Of a DNA stretch of 64,000 nucleotides, positions 24,229-35,285 are shown piece by piece. Made by a program: the position numbers and the translations under genes. The stretch comes from Gammaproteobacteria bacterium. Its GTDB lineage: Bacteria; Pseudomonadota; Gammaproteobacteria; Eutrophobiales; Eutrophobiaceae. The stretch lies in assembly GCA_041984885.1 (NCBI GenBank), contig JBHIXH010000008.1, positions 928 through 64,927 on the forward strand, written 5' to 3'. The stretch's first letter is position 1; each line of letters starts with the position of its first letter. The notes under the pieces were generated by a model. The model searched no databases. It was not told where the DNA came from and saw only the letters and a program-made list of their open reading frames with translations.

Positions 24229-24489
24229 TCAGTCCTGCTTGTCGCTGGCTGATCGATCCGGCGCATTGCGCATGAGATCATCGGCATCGTCCAGCGAGGA
24301 ACGCAGGTCCTGCTGCTGGTACATATTCAGCTCGTTATACAGCTCGCGTTTTGCCGTAAATAACAGTTTGCGTAATTGGCTGAATGCGCTTCTGATTTCG
24401 CGCAAGATAACCGGCAGGCGCTCGGGGCCGGCGGCGAACAAGGTAACGACGCCAATCAGGACGAGTTCCCAGAAACCGATGTCAAACAT
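24229..24489 (-). CDS. tatB: Twin-arginine translocase TatB
   Basis: MFDIGFWELVLI...GPERLP. Confidence 0.92.
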   Translation of the reverse strand: MFDIGFWELVLIGVVTLFAAGPERLPVILREIRSAFSQLRKLLFTAKRELYNELNMYQQQDLRSSLDDADDLMRNAPDRSASDKQD

Positions 24490-24522
24490 GCGGAGTTAAG
24501 GCAACAGAAATACTGTCAGGGT

Positions 24523-24747
24523 CTATTTATTCGAAGCCTGATCGACTTCACCTTCGATAACTTTTGCGTTTTCACTGTCGGGTTTGTCTTCGTCGGTGCC
24601 GTCATCATCTTTCATCGCTTTCTGATAGCCTTTGACGATACCGCCGACGTCGCTACCCAGGTTGCGTAACTTGCTTGTACCAAATACCAGGGCGACGATG
24701 CCAAGTATGATTAACAGCTCCCAGGGGCCGGGCATTCCCATAGTCAT
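24523..24747 (-). CDS. tatA: Twin-arginine translocase TatA
   Basis: WELLII...[14 protein letters not shown]. Confidence 0.92.
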   Translation of the reverse strand: MTMGMPGPWELLIILGIVALVFGTSKLRNLGSDVGGIVKGYQKAMKDDDGTDEDKPDSENAKVIEGEVDQASNK

Positions 24748-24769
24748 TCCTCCTGCTGGTTAAATGTGA

Positions 24770-25099
24770 TCAGGATGCGGAAGTTCGCCGCGCCTTTTCT
24801 TCGTGGCCGGAGACACCGAAGCGGCTTTCCAGCTCCTGTAGTACTTGTTCCGGGCTGACATCAAGCTGAGACAGCATGACCAGGCAATGAAACCACAGGT
24901 CAGCCGTTTCATGAACGATCGCGGACCGATCGCCGGACTTGGCCGCGATAACAGTCTCTGTCGCCTCTTCGCCAACCTTTTTTAGAATCGCATCAAGTCC
25001 TTTTGCATACAGGCTGGCGACATACGATGTGTCCGCATCCGCGAGTTTGCGCTGTTCGAGTGTCTCTGCCAGTTGTAACAGAATGTCAGAATCGGTCAT
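24770..25099 (-). CDS. hisE: Phosphoribosyl-ATP pyrophosphatase
   Basis: KKVGEEATE and ETADLWFH. Confidence 0.95.
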   Translation of the reverse strand: MTDSDILLQLAETLEQRKLADADTSYVASLYAKGLDAILKKVGEEATETVIAAKSGDRSAIVHETADLWFHCLVMLSQLDVSPEQVLQELESRFGVSGHEEKARRTSAS

Positions 25100-25506
25100 T
25101 TGTCTGCCTGGTTATAAATCTCGTCCGGGGGTTTGATGACCGGCTCGACTGTTTGCCAGCCGGACGTCTCCAGCCGTTGGAAAAAACAATGTTCACGTCC
25201 GGTATGACAGGCAATGCCACCGACCTGTTCCACCAGTAACAATATCGCATCATTATCACAGTCCAGCCGGATCTCGTGCACCCGTTGTGTATGCCCGGAC
25301 TGTTCGCCTTTACGCCAGAGCCGGTTGCGTGATCGGGAGAAGTAGACCGCGCAACTCTCTTCGAATGTCTTTTCCAGCGCATCACGGTTCATCCAGGCAA
25401 GCGTCAGGACCTTGCCGCTGGAAACTTCCTGGGCGATGGCGGGGACCAGTCCCTGTTCGTTCCAGCGAACCGATTCAAGCCAGTCACCGTGATCGTTTGT
25501 GGTCAT
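25096..25506 (-). CDS. hisI: Phosphoribosyl-AMP cyclohydrolase
   Basis: SRSR..LWRKGE.SG, DCDND and ACHTG...CF. Confidence 0.95.
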   Translation of the reverse strand: MTTNDHGDWLESVRWNEQGLVPAIAQEVSSGKVLTLAWMNRDALEKTFEESCAVYFSRSRNRLWRKGEQSGHTQRVHEIRLDCDNDAILLLVEQVGGIACHTGREHCFFQRLETSGWQTVEPVIKPPDEIYNQADK

Positions 25507-26276
25507 AAGCGAACTTCAATCTGTTGCGTCGCCATCAGTTGTTTTGCCTGTTGCACCGTGTGTTCGCCGAAATGAAATATACTGGCGGCCAGTACCGCGT
25601 CCGCCCTGCCCTCGAGCACCCCCTCGGCCAGGTGTTCCAGCGTGCCGACACCGCCGGAGGCAATCACCGGGACGGGCACGGCATCACTGATCGTACGGGT
25701 TAATTCTATATCAAAGCCGATCCGCGTGCCGTCACGATCCATGCTCGTCAATAATAGCTCGCCGGCACCGCGTTCACACATCTGTTGCGCCCAGTTGACG
25801 GCGTCGAGCCCGGTGTCATTGCGCCCGCCATGCGTATAGACATGCCAGCGCGGGTCAGGACTGTCTGCGTTTGCCCGTTTCGCATCAATGGCAACAACAA
25901 TACATTGCGAGCCAAAGCGCGTCGCGGCCTCACTGACAAACTCCGGGTTGTGGACGGCGGCCGTGTTGATGCTGACCTTGTCGGCACCGGCGTTCAACAT
26001 GCGACGTATGTCTTCAATCGTGCGGATGCCGCCACCCACTGTCAGCGGGATAAATACCTCGGCGGCCACCGCGCGGACAATGTCGACCATTGTGTCGCGT
26101 TCATCGCTGCTGGCCGTAATATCGAGGAATGTGATCTCGTCTGCTCCCTGTTCATCGTAGCGGCGGGCGACTTCGACCGGATCACCGGCGTCCTTGATGT
26201 CGACAAACTGCACGCCTTTAACGACACGACCGGCATCGACATCCAGGCACGGGATGATACGTTTCGCGAGCCCCAT
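25503..26276 (-). CDS. hisF: Imidazole glycerol phosphate synthase cyclase subunit
   Basis: Start [12 protein letters not shown] at 26276; FLDITAS and AASIFH. Confidence 0.96.
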   Translation of the reverse strand: MGLAKRIIPCLDVDAGRVVKGVQFVDIKDAGDPVEVARRYDEQGADEITFLDITASSDERDTMVDIVRAVAAEVFIPLTVGGGIRTIEDIRRMLNAGADKVSINTAAVHNPEFVSEAATRFGSQCIVVAIDAKRANADSPDPRWHVYTHGGRNDTGLDAVNWAQQMCERGAGELLLTSMDRDGTRIGFDIELTRTISDAVPVPVIASGGVGTLEHLAEGVLEGRADAVLAASIFHFGEHTVQQAKQLMATQQIEVRL

Positions 26277-26286
26277 CGGAGACAGG

Positions 26287-27030
26287 TTATTGCAGCGGGC
26301 AGATTTCGTCGGCGAGTTTCTGGGCTGCCGCAAAATCGAGCGTTTCTTCATAAATCGCACGACCGGTGATAGCGCCCTGAACCCCTTCTTCAGCCACCTC
26401 ACACAGTGCGCGGATATCGTCAAGATTGGTGATACCGCCGGACGCAATGACCGGAATACTGATCTGGCTGCTGAGTTCCACGGTGGCCTTTATGTTGACG
26501 CTGGTCAGCATACCGTCACGGCTGATATCGGTGAAAATGATCGCCGCCACGCCTTCATCTTCGAAGCGTTTGGCCATGTCGACGGCATCGTGATGCGATA
26601 ATTTTGACCAGCCGTTGGTGGCAAGTTTGCCGTCTTTGGCGTCAAGTCCGACAATGATGTGGCCGGGGAATTCGAGGCAGATATCGGAGACAAAATGCGG
26701 TGTCGTCACCGCTTTCGTGCCAATGATGACGTATTTCACGCCGGCATCCAGGTAGGTCTGGATCGTGTCTTCATTGCGGATGCCGCCGCCGACCTGTATC
26801 GGTGTATCCGGAAAGCGTTCGGCAATATCGTGAATCACATCTGCGTTCTCTGGCTTGCCTGCCGTTGCGCCATTCAGGTCAACAATGTGCAACCGCCGTG
26901 CCCCGGCATCAATCCAGCGTTGCGCCGTTTCCAGTGGATCCATGCAATACACGGTTTCATCATCCATCTGCCCCTGTCGCAGGCGTACACACTTGCCATC
27001 TTTAATGTCGATCGCGGGGATAATTAACAT
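26287..27030 (-). CDS. hisA: ProFAR isomerase
   Basis: IPAID..GKCVRL.QG, QVGGGIR and TDISRDG. Confidence 0.96.
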   Translation of the reverse strand: MLIIPAIDIKDGKCVRLRQGQMDDETVYCMDPLETAQRWIDAGARRLHIVDLNGATAGKPENADVIHDIAERFPDTPIQVGGGIRNEDTIQTYLDAGVKYVIIGTKAVTTPHFVSDICLEFPGHIIVGLDAKDGKLATNGWSKLSHHDAVDMAKRFEDEGVAAIIFTDISRDGMLTSVNIKATVELSSQISIPVIASGGITNLDDIRALCEVAEEGVQGAITGRAIYEETLDFAAAQKLADEICPLQ

Positions 27031-27193
27031 GGGGGTTCCTTCAGAAGACAGTCAGTAGTAAACAGGTGTGCGCGGAATTCTCGTCAGTTTTACGAAACGG
27101 GTGGTCGGTTAATTCGTGGTGTCCGGATCTGGTTCATGGCCGCTGTTATTACAATATAGTCTTAACAAAAAATGCGCATTTTGCAAACCCGGC

Positions 27194-29893
27194 TCAGTGT
27201 GCCTCATCCCAGTTTTTACCAACACCGATATCGACTTCCAGGTCGACCTGAAGTTGAGCCGCGGATGTCATCAGTGCGGATATTTTATCCTTGATGGCGT
27301 CGACCTCGTCCTCGGCCACCTCAAAGACCAGTTCATCGTGCACCTGCATAATCATGCTGGCACCAACCTGTTCCGCTATCAGCCAGTCATCGATATGAAT
27401 CATTGCCAGCTTGATTATGTCAGCTGCCGTGCCCTGCATCGGTGCGTTGATTGCGGTACGTTCAGCATATTGTCGTCGCATCGCGTTCTTTGAATTGATT
27501 TCCGGCAGATACAGGCGGCGGTGGAACACGGTTTCAACATAACCGTCTTCTTTCGCCTGGTTACGGATACGGTCCATAAACGCCTTGACGCCAGGATAGC
27601 GTTCAAAGTAACGGTCGATGTAGGTTTTCGCCGAGCTGCGATCAATGCCCAGTTGTTTTGCCAGGCCAAAGGCAGACATGCCGTAAATCAGGCCAAAGTT
27701 GATCGCCTTGGCAGAACGTCGTTGTTCGCTGCTGACCGCGTCCGGTTTTATGTCGAAGACTTCAGCCGCCGTGGCCCGATGGATATCCTCTCCGTTCGAG
27801 AAGGCTGACAGCAGGCCGGCATCGCCGGATAAATGGGCCATGATGCGTAATTCAATCTGTGAATAATCGGCGGCAACGAGCACGTGTTTGTCCGGTGCAA
27901 CAAACGCGCTACGGATGCGGCGACCTTCTTCCGTGCGAATCGGTATGTTTTGCAGGTTCGGGTCAGAAGAAGATAAACGACCGGTTGCGGCAACCGCCTG
28001 ATGATACGAGGTATGCACCCGACCGGTAGTTGTCTGAATCTGCAGTGGCAGCTTGTCTGTATAAGTGGATTTCAGTTTGCTCAAGCTGCGGTAATCGAGG
28101 ATCAGACGCGGCAGTTCGTAGTCGTTCGCCAGCTCCTGTAACACGGACTCGGCCGTTGACGGCTGTCCTTTTGGTGTCTTTGCCAGCACCGGCAGCTGTT
28201 GTTTGTCATACAGGATCGCCTGGATTTGTTTCGGTGAGCCAATGTTAAAGCTTTCACCAGCCAGTTCATGTGCCTGGATTTCCAGTGCCTGCATCTTTTC
28301 CTGCAACTGCCCGCTTTGTTGTTGCAACATGTTCTCGTCAATAATGACACCATGACGTTCGATCCGTGCGAGTATGGGTAATAATCGCATTTCCATATCG
28401 CTGTACAGTTGTTTCAGGCCAGCGTCGCTTTCAATCTGCGGGTAAAGGTGTTGATGCAGTTGCAACGTGATATCGGCATCTTCCGCTGCATACGGCGCTG
28501 CCTGCTCAATATTGATTTGATTGAACGCAAGTTGTTTGCTGCCCTTGCCGGCAATGTCTTCATAATGCACGGTTTGCTTGCCGAGATAGTTCTGTGCCAG
28601 CGTGTCCATATCATGTCGGCTTGCCGTACTGTTGACGACATACGATTGCAACATCGTATCGTGCGCGATGCCTTGCAGATGAATATCGTGATTGGCCAGT
28701 ACTTCGGCATCGTATTTAAGGTTATGTCCGAGCTTGGCCTTGTCCGGATCTTCCAGCAACGGTTTTAACTCGTGCAGTACCTCTTCACGATTCAGTTGTT
28801 TAGGTGCGCCGTCATAGTCATGGGTTAAGGGTACGTATGCGGCCTTGCCGGCCTCGACAGCAAACGAGACACCCACGATCTCCGCCTGCATGTAATTCAG
28901 ACTGGTGGTTTCGGTATCAAAGGCAAACAGATCGGCTTTCTGTAATTGTTTCAACCAGTCTTTGAATGATTTCTTCGTCAATACGCAGTCGTATTCCGGC
29001 TCGGCCACGACAGGTGCTTCGGCAACACCATTGTCCGTTTCATCCTGCCTGTCCAGTTCATGCAACCAGGTACGAAATTCCCAACGCATGTAATACTTAC
29101 GCAACAGGTCAGTTTGTGGCTCGGTGATAAGCAAGTCTTCGGGGCTGTATTCCAGATCAACATCGCATTTCAATGTCACAAGTTCACGTGACAAACGTAA
29201 TTGTTCCAGGTTATTACGCAGATGCTCGCCAACCTTGCCTTTGATTTCATCGGCGTTTTCAATTAACGCGTCCAGGTCGGAATATTGTTGTAACCATTTG
29301 GCTGCCGTCTTCGGACCGACCTTCGGTATGCCGGGTACGTTATCCACGCTGTCACCAACCAGGGCAAGATAATCAATGATCTGGTTCGGCGGCACGCCGT
29401 ATTTTTCCGTCACCGCATCGGCATCAAGAATCACATCCTTCATCGTGTTGATCATCTTGATTCGGTCATTGACCAGCTGTGCCAGGTCTTTGTCGCCGGA
29501 TGAAATCAGGCTGTCGATGCCGTTCTTTTCCGCCTGCTGCACAAGCGTGCCGATGACGTCATCGGCCTCGACTCCGTCAATGATTAACAGCGGAAACCCG
29601 TTTGCTGCGACGATCTGATGCATCGGTTTTATCTGGCTGATCAACTCATCCGGTGCCGGCGGACGGTTTGCCTTGTATTCCTCATACATGTCATTGCGAA
29701 AGGTTTTGCCCTTGGCATCAAACACGACCGCAAAATAATCCGGTTGTTGTTCGCGAATCAGTTTTTTCAGCATGTTCATCACGCCATAGATCACGCCGGT
29801 ATGTTCACCGCTGGAATTGGTAAAATCCGGCAATGCATGAAAAGCGCGAAACATATAATAGGAGCCATCGACGAGTACGAGCTTTTTTGCCAT
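27194..29893 (-). CDS. polA: DNA polymerase I
   Basis: 5'-3' exonuclease (VDGS..FRAFHA), 3'-5' exonuclease (FDTETT) and polymerase motifs DYSQIELR, KAINFGLIYG, QVHDEL. Confidence 0.98.
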   Translation of the reverse strand: MAKKLVLVDGSYYMFRAFHALPDFTNSSGEHTGVIYGVMNMLKKLIREQQPDYFAVVFDAKGKTFRNDMYEEYKANRPPAPDELISQIKPMHQIVAANGFPLLIIDGVEADDVIGTLVQQAEKNGIDSLISSGDKDLAQLVNDRIKMINTMKDVILDADAVTEKYGVPPNQIIDYLALVGDSVDNVPGIPKVGPKTAAKWLQQYSDLDALIENADEIKGKVGEHLRNNLEQLRLSRELVTLKCDVDLEYSPEDLLITEPQTDLLRKYYMRWEFRTWLHELDRQDETDNGVAEAPVVAEPEYDCVLTKKSFKDWLKQLQKADLFAFDTETTSLNYMQAEIVGVSFAVEAGKAAYVPLTHDYDGAPKQLNREEVLHELKPLLEDPDKAKLGHNLKYDAEVLANHDIHLQGIAHDTMLQSYVVNSTASRHDMDTLAQNYLGKQTVHYEDIAGKGSKQLAFNQINIEQAAPYAAEDADITLQLHQHLYPQIESDAGLKQLYSDMEMRLLPILARIERHGVIIDENMLQQQSGQLQEKMQALEIQAHELAGESFNIGSPKQIQAILYDKQQLPVLAKTPKGQPSTAESVLQELANDYELPRLILDYRSLSKLKSTYTDKLPLQIQTTTGRVHTSYHQAVAATGRLSSSDPNLQNIPIRTEEGRRIRSAFVAPDKHVLVAADYSQIELRIMAHLSGDAGLLSAFSNGEDIHRATAAEVFDIKPDAVSSEQRRSAKAINFGLIYGMSAFGLAKQLGIDRSSAKTYIDRYFERYPGVKAFMDRIRNQAKEDGYVETVFHRRLYLPEINSKNAMRRQYAERTAINAPMQGTAADIIKLAMIHIDDWLIAEQVGASMIMQVHDELVFEVAEDEVDAIKDKISALMTSAAQLQVDLEVDIGVGKNWDEAH

Positions 29894-30009
29894 GTTGGTT
29901 CTGTCTGTTGGTTCGGGCGTGAATTAATTTTTTTATCGCCGGTCTTACCCGAAACTGTGGTAAAACGGCGTTGTTCTGCAGCCAAATAAATGAGTCAGGA
30001 AACCGCATT

Positions 30010-30726
30010 ATGAATGAACAAAAAGGCTTTGCCCATCCGGTCATTGATGACTCCAGCCTGACGCGTGAGTCATGGAAAGTGTTTCAAATTATGGCCGAGT
30101 TTGTCGAGGGGTTCGAACGACTCGCCGGGATTAAACCGTCTGTCTCGATGTTTGGCTCGGCCCGAATCGGCGAACAGGATCCCTACTATTCACTTGCGGT
30201 CGATATTGCGCAGCGCTTATCCAATGCCGGGTTTTCTGTTGTCAGTGGCGGCGGGCCTGGATTGATGGAGGCGTTTAATAAAGGCGCCTACAGCGGCACC
30301 TCTCCGAGCGTTGGCCTGAATATCTCGTTACCGAATGAACAGGGCGGTAACGCGTATCAGGATATCTCGCTTTATTTTCGTCACTTCTTTTCGCGCAAGG
30401 TCATGTTTGTGAAATACGCGTCTGCCTACGTGGTTTTGCCCGGCGGTTTCGGCACACTGGACGAGCTGGCAGAGATCCTGACGCTAACGCAGACGGGAAA
30501 AAGCAAGTCGATTCCGATTGTACTGGTCGGATCCACGTTCTGGCAGGGGCTGGTGGACTGGTTTCGACAGTCAATGCTCGCTGCGGGCACGATCAGCGCC
30601 AACGATATGCACCTGTTTCAACTCGTCGATGAACCTGAAGCGGTGGTCGAGGCCATTTTTCATTATTATGAGAAACGTGACCAGAACCTGACGGCTGAAA
30701 GCAGGGAAAATCATCTGGAACTTTGA
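30010..30726 (+). CDS. LOG-family (TIGR00730-type) nucleotide phosphoribohydrolase
   Basis: FGSAR, GGGPG.M, RK and PGGFGTLDE. Confidence 0.88.
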   Translation: MNEQKGFAHPVIDDSSLTRESWKVFQIMAEFVEGFERLAGIKPSVSMFGSARIGEQDPYYSLAVDIAQRLSNAGFSVVSGGGPGLMEAFNKGAYSGTSPSVGLNISLPNEQGGNAYQDISLYFRHFFSRKVMFVKYASAYVVLPGGFGTLDELAEILTLTQTGKSKSIPIVLVGSTFWQGLVDWFRQSMLAAGTISANDMHLFQLVDEPEAVVEAIFHYYEKRDQNLTAESRENHLEL

Positions 30727-30738
30727 TAGTCTTGGCCC

Positions 30739-31095
30739 ATGAAAAACAACACAACACCTATTTCAGCTCTCTTGCTGGCACTGACATTAAGCCTGCCGGT
30801 CTTTGCCGGTAACGCCAATCCGGATGAATTCGAACCGGTACCGGAACCACCGGAGTTACCGGATCCGCTGGAAAGTGGCGAAGCGATCGAACCGGAAATC
30901 ACGATTGTGCAAAAGGAAGACAGGGTCGTGCATGAATACCGCGTTAACGGTCGTCTGTATATGGTCAAGGTGATTCCTTCGGTGGGTCCGGAATATTACC
31001 TGATGGATCAGGACGGCGATGGCAGACTGGAATCCAAAATGAGCGACATCTATAACAACACGACAGTGCCGCAATGGGTGCTGTTTAGCTGGTAA
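30739..31095 (+). CDS. DUF2782-like exported protein
   Basis: Signal peptide, Pro-rich linker, EYRVNGRLYMVKV.P...YYL.D.DGDG, C-terminal W..FSW. Confidence 0.75.
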   Translation: MKNNTTPISALLLALTLSLPVFAGNANPDEFEPVPEPPELPDPLESGEAIEPEITIVQKEDRVVHEYRVNGRLYMVKVIPSVGPEYYLMDQDGDGRLESKMSDIYNNTTVPQWVLFSW

Positions 31096-31825
31096 GCCTG
31101 CGCGCGCGAAAGACCAATCCCGGTTTCCTGTTCCGGTAAAAACGCTGAATCTCAAACCCATAGTTTTCAAATAATCGTGTTGCCGATGCGCGGTTGAAAA
31201 ACTGCACATGCACCGGCGGCGTAAACACATCCCAGCAATTAATATCGGCAGGTACCCTGGCATGGCCAATGTCCGGCGTCGTGATATAGACATGACCGCC
31301 AGGCTTTGTCAGCGTTGTGATAACTTGCATGTACAAGTTGATATCACTGACATGCTCGATGACCTCGGACGAATAAACAAAGTCATATTGTTTTTTGTGT
31401 TGCAGTAACTGCTCAAAACTTTGACAGGAAAATTCCGGGCGCGAAAAACGCTTGCTGGCATAGTCGATGGCATTCTGGCTGATATCAATACCGGTTGAGT
31501 GCCGGGCAATCCTGCCGAGCACCTCGGCAATAAATCCACCACCACAACCCAGGTCGAGACAGTCCTTGCGAATAGCATAGGGGAAGAACCGGGGCAGTTT
31601 GATCCAGGCACGGCGCAAACGCGAGGCCGCTTTGTCATACGTTGGTTCCGCCTCGTTATCCGAGTCTGTGTATAACTGATTCAACGTCGCCTGATCCGGC
31701 ATCGGGTTTAGAAAAACAAACTGGCAACTCGCACAACGGTCAAAGTTGTAACTATCTTTCAGCGCATACGATTGCAGCGACGCGTTGTCGCAGACCGGGC
31801 AATGATCAACTTTTTGTGCATTCAT
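31085..31825 (-). CDS. Class I SAM methyltransferase with N-terminal CxxC...CxxC
   Basis: CPVC/CASC, LDLGCGGG and EVIEHV. Confidence 0.82.
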   Translation of the reverse strand: MNAQKVDHCPVCDNASLQSYALKDSYNFDRCASCQFVFLNPMPDQATLNQLYTDSDNEAEPTYDKAASRLRRAWIKLPRFFPYAIRKDCLDLGCGGGFIAEVLGRIARHSTGIDISQNAIDYASKRFSRPEFSCQSFEQLLQHKKQYDFVYSSEVIEHVSDINLYMQVITTLTKPGGHVYITTPDIGHARVPADINCWDVFTPPVHVQFFNRASATRLFENYGFEIQRFYRNRKPGLVFRARRLTS

Positions 31826-33177
31826 GCGACCAGGTAGAGCGTGGCGAGGCCAAGAAAGGTCATGAAGCCAACGACATCGGTAACCGTGGTTAAAATCACC
31901 CCGCCGGCAATCGCCGGGTCGATGCCAAAATGGTGTAACACCAGCGGGATCATGGCACCGGCCAACGCGGCGACCAGGAGGTTGGTCATCATTGCCAGGC
32001 CGATGATGACGCCGAGCGCCGTGTTATCAAACCAGAGCACGGCAATGATGGCGACAACCAGTGACCACATCGTGCCGTTGATGACGGCAATCGCGATCTC
32101 CTTGTTTAAAAACGAACGTGCGTTGATGCCGCTGATATGACCGAGGGCGATACCGCGTATCGCTATCATTAATGTCTGACTGCCGGCAATACCGCCCATG
32201 CTGGCAACGATCGGCATCAACACCGCCAGCGCCACCAGTTGCTGGATCGAGTCTTCAAAACGACCAATGACCCAGGCAGCGAGAAACGCAGTTAACAGGT
32301 TGATGCCAAGCCAGACGGCACGAAAGCGTGTGCTGACCAGCACCGGGGCGAAGATGTCATCGTCACCCAGTCCAACCATGCTGCGTACGGTGGACTCGGC
32401 TTCCTGCTGAATCACGTCGACGACGTCATCGATCGTAATACGACCCAGCAAGACATTATCGTCATCAACGACGGCAGCCGAGACCAGGTCACGTTGCTCA
32501 AACATTTTCGTTACCTCGGTCGCAGACAGGTCAGCATGAAGGCTGGTCTCCTCTGCCATGACCTCGCCGACAGTTTGATCCGGATCACTGGTGACCAGGA
32601 TGGCCAGCGGTACGACACCGAGGTATTTATTCTCCCTGTCGACCACAATCAGGTTGTCGGTTTGTTCCGGTATGCCATCGCGACGGGCGAGAAAACGAAG
32701 ATAACGGGAAACGGTAGCCAGGCTGGCATCGGCGCGGACCGGAATCACGTCGATGTTCATCAGGCCACCGGCAACATCCTCCGGATAGGACAGTAGTGAT
32801 GACAGACGTTGCCGGTTTTGTACATCCATCGCCAGCAGCACGGTATCGTGCATGTCTTCCGGCAGATCCTGAATGATGTCAGCGACATCATCGCTGTCCA
32901 GGTCCTTCGTGATTTCGACCAGTTCATGCGGATGGATTTGTTCCAGCAGGCGGGCGCGCACGTTATCCTGCACATGCGACAACACGTCACCCTCGAGTTC
33001 CGGGTCGAGTAACTGCCAGACCATGTCGACTTCCCTGGCGGGCAGACTTTCCAGCAAGTGCGCAACTTCAGATGGATGCAGTTCGGCAAGGTAGGAGCGT
33101 GCCAGACGATCGTCTTCATCAAGCACTGCCTGCCTTAACTGATCGATGCTGCTGCCTTGATTGAGTTCTGAATCCAT
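31822..33177 (-). CDS. mgtE: Magnesium transporter MgtE
   Basis: MgtE N-domain, CBS pair, MGGIAGSQT and DPAIAGG..LTTVTD. Confidence 0.95.
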   Translation of the reverse strand: MDSELNQGSSIDQLRQAVLDEDDRLARSYLAELHPSEVAHLLESLPAREVDMVWQLLDPELEGDVLSHVQDNVRARLLEQIHPHELVEITKDLDSDDVADIIQDLPEDMHDTVLLAMDVQNRQRLSSLLSYPEDVAGGLMNIDVIPVRADASLATVSRYLRFLARRDGIPEQTDNLIVVDRENKYLGVVPLAILVTSDPDQTVGEVMAEETSLHADLSATEVTKMFEQRDLVSAAVVDDDNVLLGRITIDDVVDVIQQEAESTVRSMVGLGDDDIFAPVLVSTRFRAVWLGINLLTAFLAAWVIGRFEDSIQQLVALAVLMPIVASMGGIAGSQTLMIAIRGIALGHISGINARSFLNKEIAIAVINGTMWSLVVAIIAVLWFDNTALGVIIGLAMMTNLLVAALAGAMIPLVLHHFGIDPAIAGGVILTTVTDVVGFMTFLGLATLYLVA

Positions 33178-33280
33178 ACGTTATGTCGAATCGTTAAAGA
33201 GGACAGAGGTGGAGTTGAATAAGGTAACAGGTTACCGCAAAACGGCAACAGAACGAATTAACAACAGGACCGGGGCGCTT

Positions 33281-35014
33281 TTAGTTTAATTCGTTGATAA
33301 AAGCTTCAATTGCCGGACCGCTGTCCAGGTCCATCATTTTGTCAGCAATTGAAGTGAGTTCGGAGACATCACTTTCCATGATGATTTTCTTTACTTCGAG
33401 CAGTCCGCCCGGATGCACACTAAATTCACGCAGGCCAAGACCAAGCAACAAACGCGTAAATGTCGGTTCGCCGGCCATCTCGCCACACATTGCAACCGGG
33501 ATGTCATGCTTGATTCCCGCTTTCAACGTATGATGGATCAGTCTTAACACCGCCGGATGCAACGGGTCATACAGATAACTGACTTCGTCGTTAACCCGAT
33601 CGATAGCCATTGTGTATTGAATCAAATCGTTCGTGCCGATGGAAAGAAAGTCGAGCTGGCGTGCGAATATCTCTGCACAAACAGCGGCAGCGGGTACCTC
33701 GATCATACCGCCAACCGGTACTCTTTCATCAAACGGCAGGCCTTCGTCACGCAGTTCCTGTTTGATTGTCTCTATGATCGATAAAACCTGATCGGTTTCG
33801 TACAGGTTGGACAACATTGGTACCATTAGCCGCACCGGGCCATTGGCGGAAGCCCGTAGAATTGCCCGTAACTGGGGTTTGAAAAATGCCGGCTCCTTCA
33901 GGCAGAGTCGAACCGCTCGCAGGCCAAGCGCCGGGTTTGATTGAACGGGCCCGAGCTGTGAACCGCCATCAACCTGCTTGTCTGCCCCCAGGTCAACCGT
34001 GCGGATCGTCAACGGCAAGCCATCAAGTACCCGCATCACCTCTGTGTAGGTTTCATAATGTTCCTCTTCATCCGGCGGCGTGTCCCGATTCATGTAGAGA
34101 AACTCGGTCCGGTAAAGCCCGACACCGTGTGCGCCGACCTCGCGCACCGTATCGAAATCACCCGGTAGTTCTATGTTTGCCTGCAGTTCGATCTCGACCT
34201 TGTCACGCGTGATGCTCGGTGACTCTTTCAGTTTGCCGAGTTCGGCAAAGTATTGCGCCTCTTCTTTTTGCCTGGTTTTATAAAACTCGAGCGTCTTCTC
34301 GTCCGGCCCTATCAATAACACACCGTTAGTGCCGTCAAGCACCGCAAGGTCGTCTTCCTTAACAAAACGCAGGACATGGTGAATACCCACGATCGCCGGG
34401 ATGCCGAGACTGCGGGCAAGGATAGCCGTGTGTGAGGTCGGGCCACCAAATTCGGTTGCAAACGCGGCAATGCCCTGGTGTTGCATTAACACGGTGTCCG
34501 ATGGTGCCAGATCATCGGCAAGAATGATCCGATCCTGCAGGCGTGTGTCCATGGTCTCGTGCGGTAAAGCAGTGTGTTTTTGCAAGACACGCAAAATGCG
34601 GTTCACAACGTGATCAACATCATCACGCCGTGTGCTCAGATAGGGATCATTCATTTCCATGAACACGCTGACCAGCGCGTTACGCTGGTTTTTGATTGCC
34701 CACTCTGCATTACAAAAACTTTCGCGAATCAGGCGGATGGGTTCTTCTGTCAATGTCACATCGTCCAGCATCAGCAGATGGGTATCAATAAACGCTGCAA
34801 TATCAACAGCGGTTGAGCCTGGAACCTGTTTCTTTATATCGCTGAGTTGCTGGCGGGCAATCCTGACTGCGTCTTCAAAGCGTTTAACTTCTTTATCGAC
34901 CTGTTTTTTATCGATCGTGTATTCCGGGATATCCGGCTGATTTCGTTCAATGATATGCAGGCGCCCGATGGCGATACCACGCGAAACTTTTTTCCCGTGC
35001 AGGGCGATAGTCAT
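33281..35014 (-). CDS. ptsI: PTS enzyme I (no GAF domain)
   Basis: TSHTAILARS, GLYRTEFLY, SIGTNDLIQY and MCGEMAG. Confidence 0.93.
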   Translation of the reverse strand: MTIALHGKKVSRGIAIGRLHIIERNQPDIPEYTIDKKQVDKEVKRFEDAVRIARQQLSDIKKQVPGSTAVDIAAFIDTHLLMLDDVTLTEEPIRLIRESFCNAEWAIKNQRNALVSVFMEMNDPYLSTRRDDVDHVVNRILRVLQKHTALPHETMDTRLQDRIILADDLAPSDTVLMQHQGIAAFATEFGGPTSHTAILARSLGIPAIVGIHHVLRFVKEDDLAVLDGTNGVLLIGPDEKTLEFYKTRQKEEAQYFAELGKLKESPSITRDKVEIELQANIELPGDFDTVREVGAHGVGLYRTEFLYMNRDTPPDEEEHYETYTEVMRVLDGLPLTIRTVDLGADKQVDGGSQLGPVQSNPALGLRAVRLCLKEPAFFKPQLRAILRASANGPVRLMVPMLSNLYETDQVLSIIETIKQELRDEGLPFDERVPVGGMIEVPAAAVCAEIFARQLDFLSIGTNDLIQYTMAIDRVNDEVSYLYDPLHPAVLRLIHHTLKAGIKHDIPVAMCGEMAGEPTFTRLLLGLGLREFSVHPGGLLEVKKIIMESDVSELTSIADKMMDLDSGPAIEAFINELN

Positions 35015-35280
35015 TCCGGTTCTCCGAAACGGTCATCGATCAATTCCCGAATTGCCTGCATGGCCTCGTCGGCATCGGCACCAGCGGTCGTGACATCGAT
35101 TGTGGTGCCCTTGCCGGCGGCCAGCATCATAACTCCCATAATACTTTTACCGCTGACTTCGCGACCATTATGTTTCAGCGTGATGTCCGCCTGGAAGCGC
35201 GAAGCGGTTTGTACCAGTTTCGCGGCGGCCCGGGCGTGCAGCCCGAGTTTATTGATAATGGGTATTGCGTGCGTCGCCAT
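35011..35280 (-). CDS. ptsH: Phosphocarrier HPr/NPr
   Basis: GLHARAA (His15) and KSIMGVM (Ser46). Confidence 0.9.
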   Translation of the reverse strand: MATHAIPIINKLGLHARAAAKLVQTASRFQADITLKHNGREVSGKSIMGVMMLAAGKGTTIDVTTAGADADEAMQAIRELIDDRFGEPE

Positions 35281-35285
35281 AAGGG

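Noticed and set aside
27031-27193. His attenuator upstream of hisA
   Set aside because: No His-codon-rich leader peptide or terminator hairpin was found.
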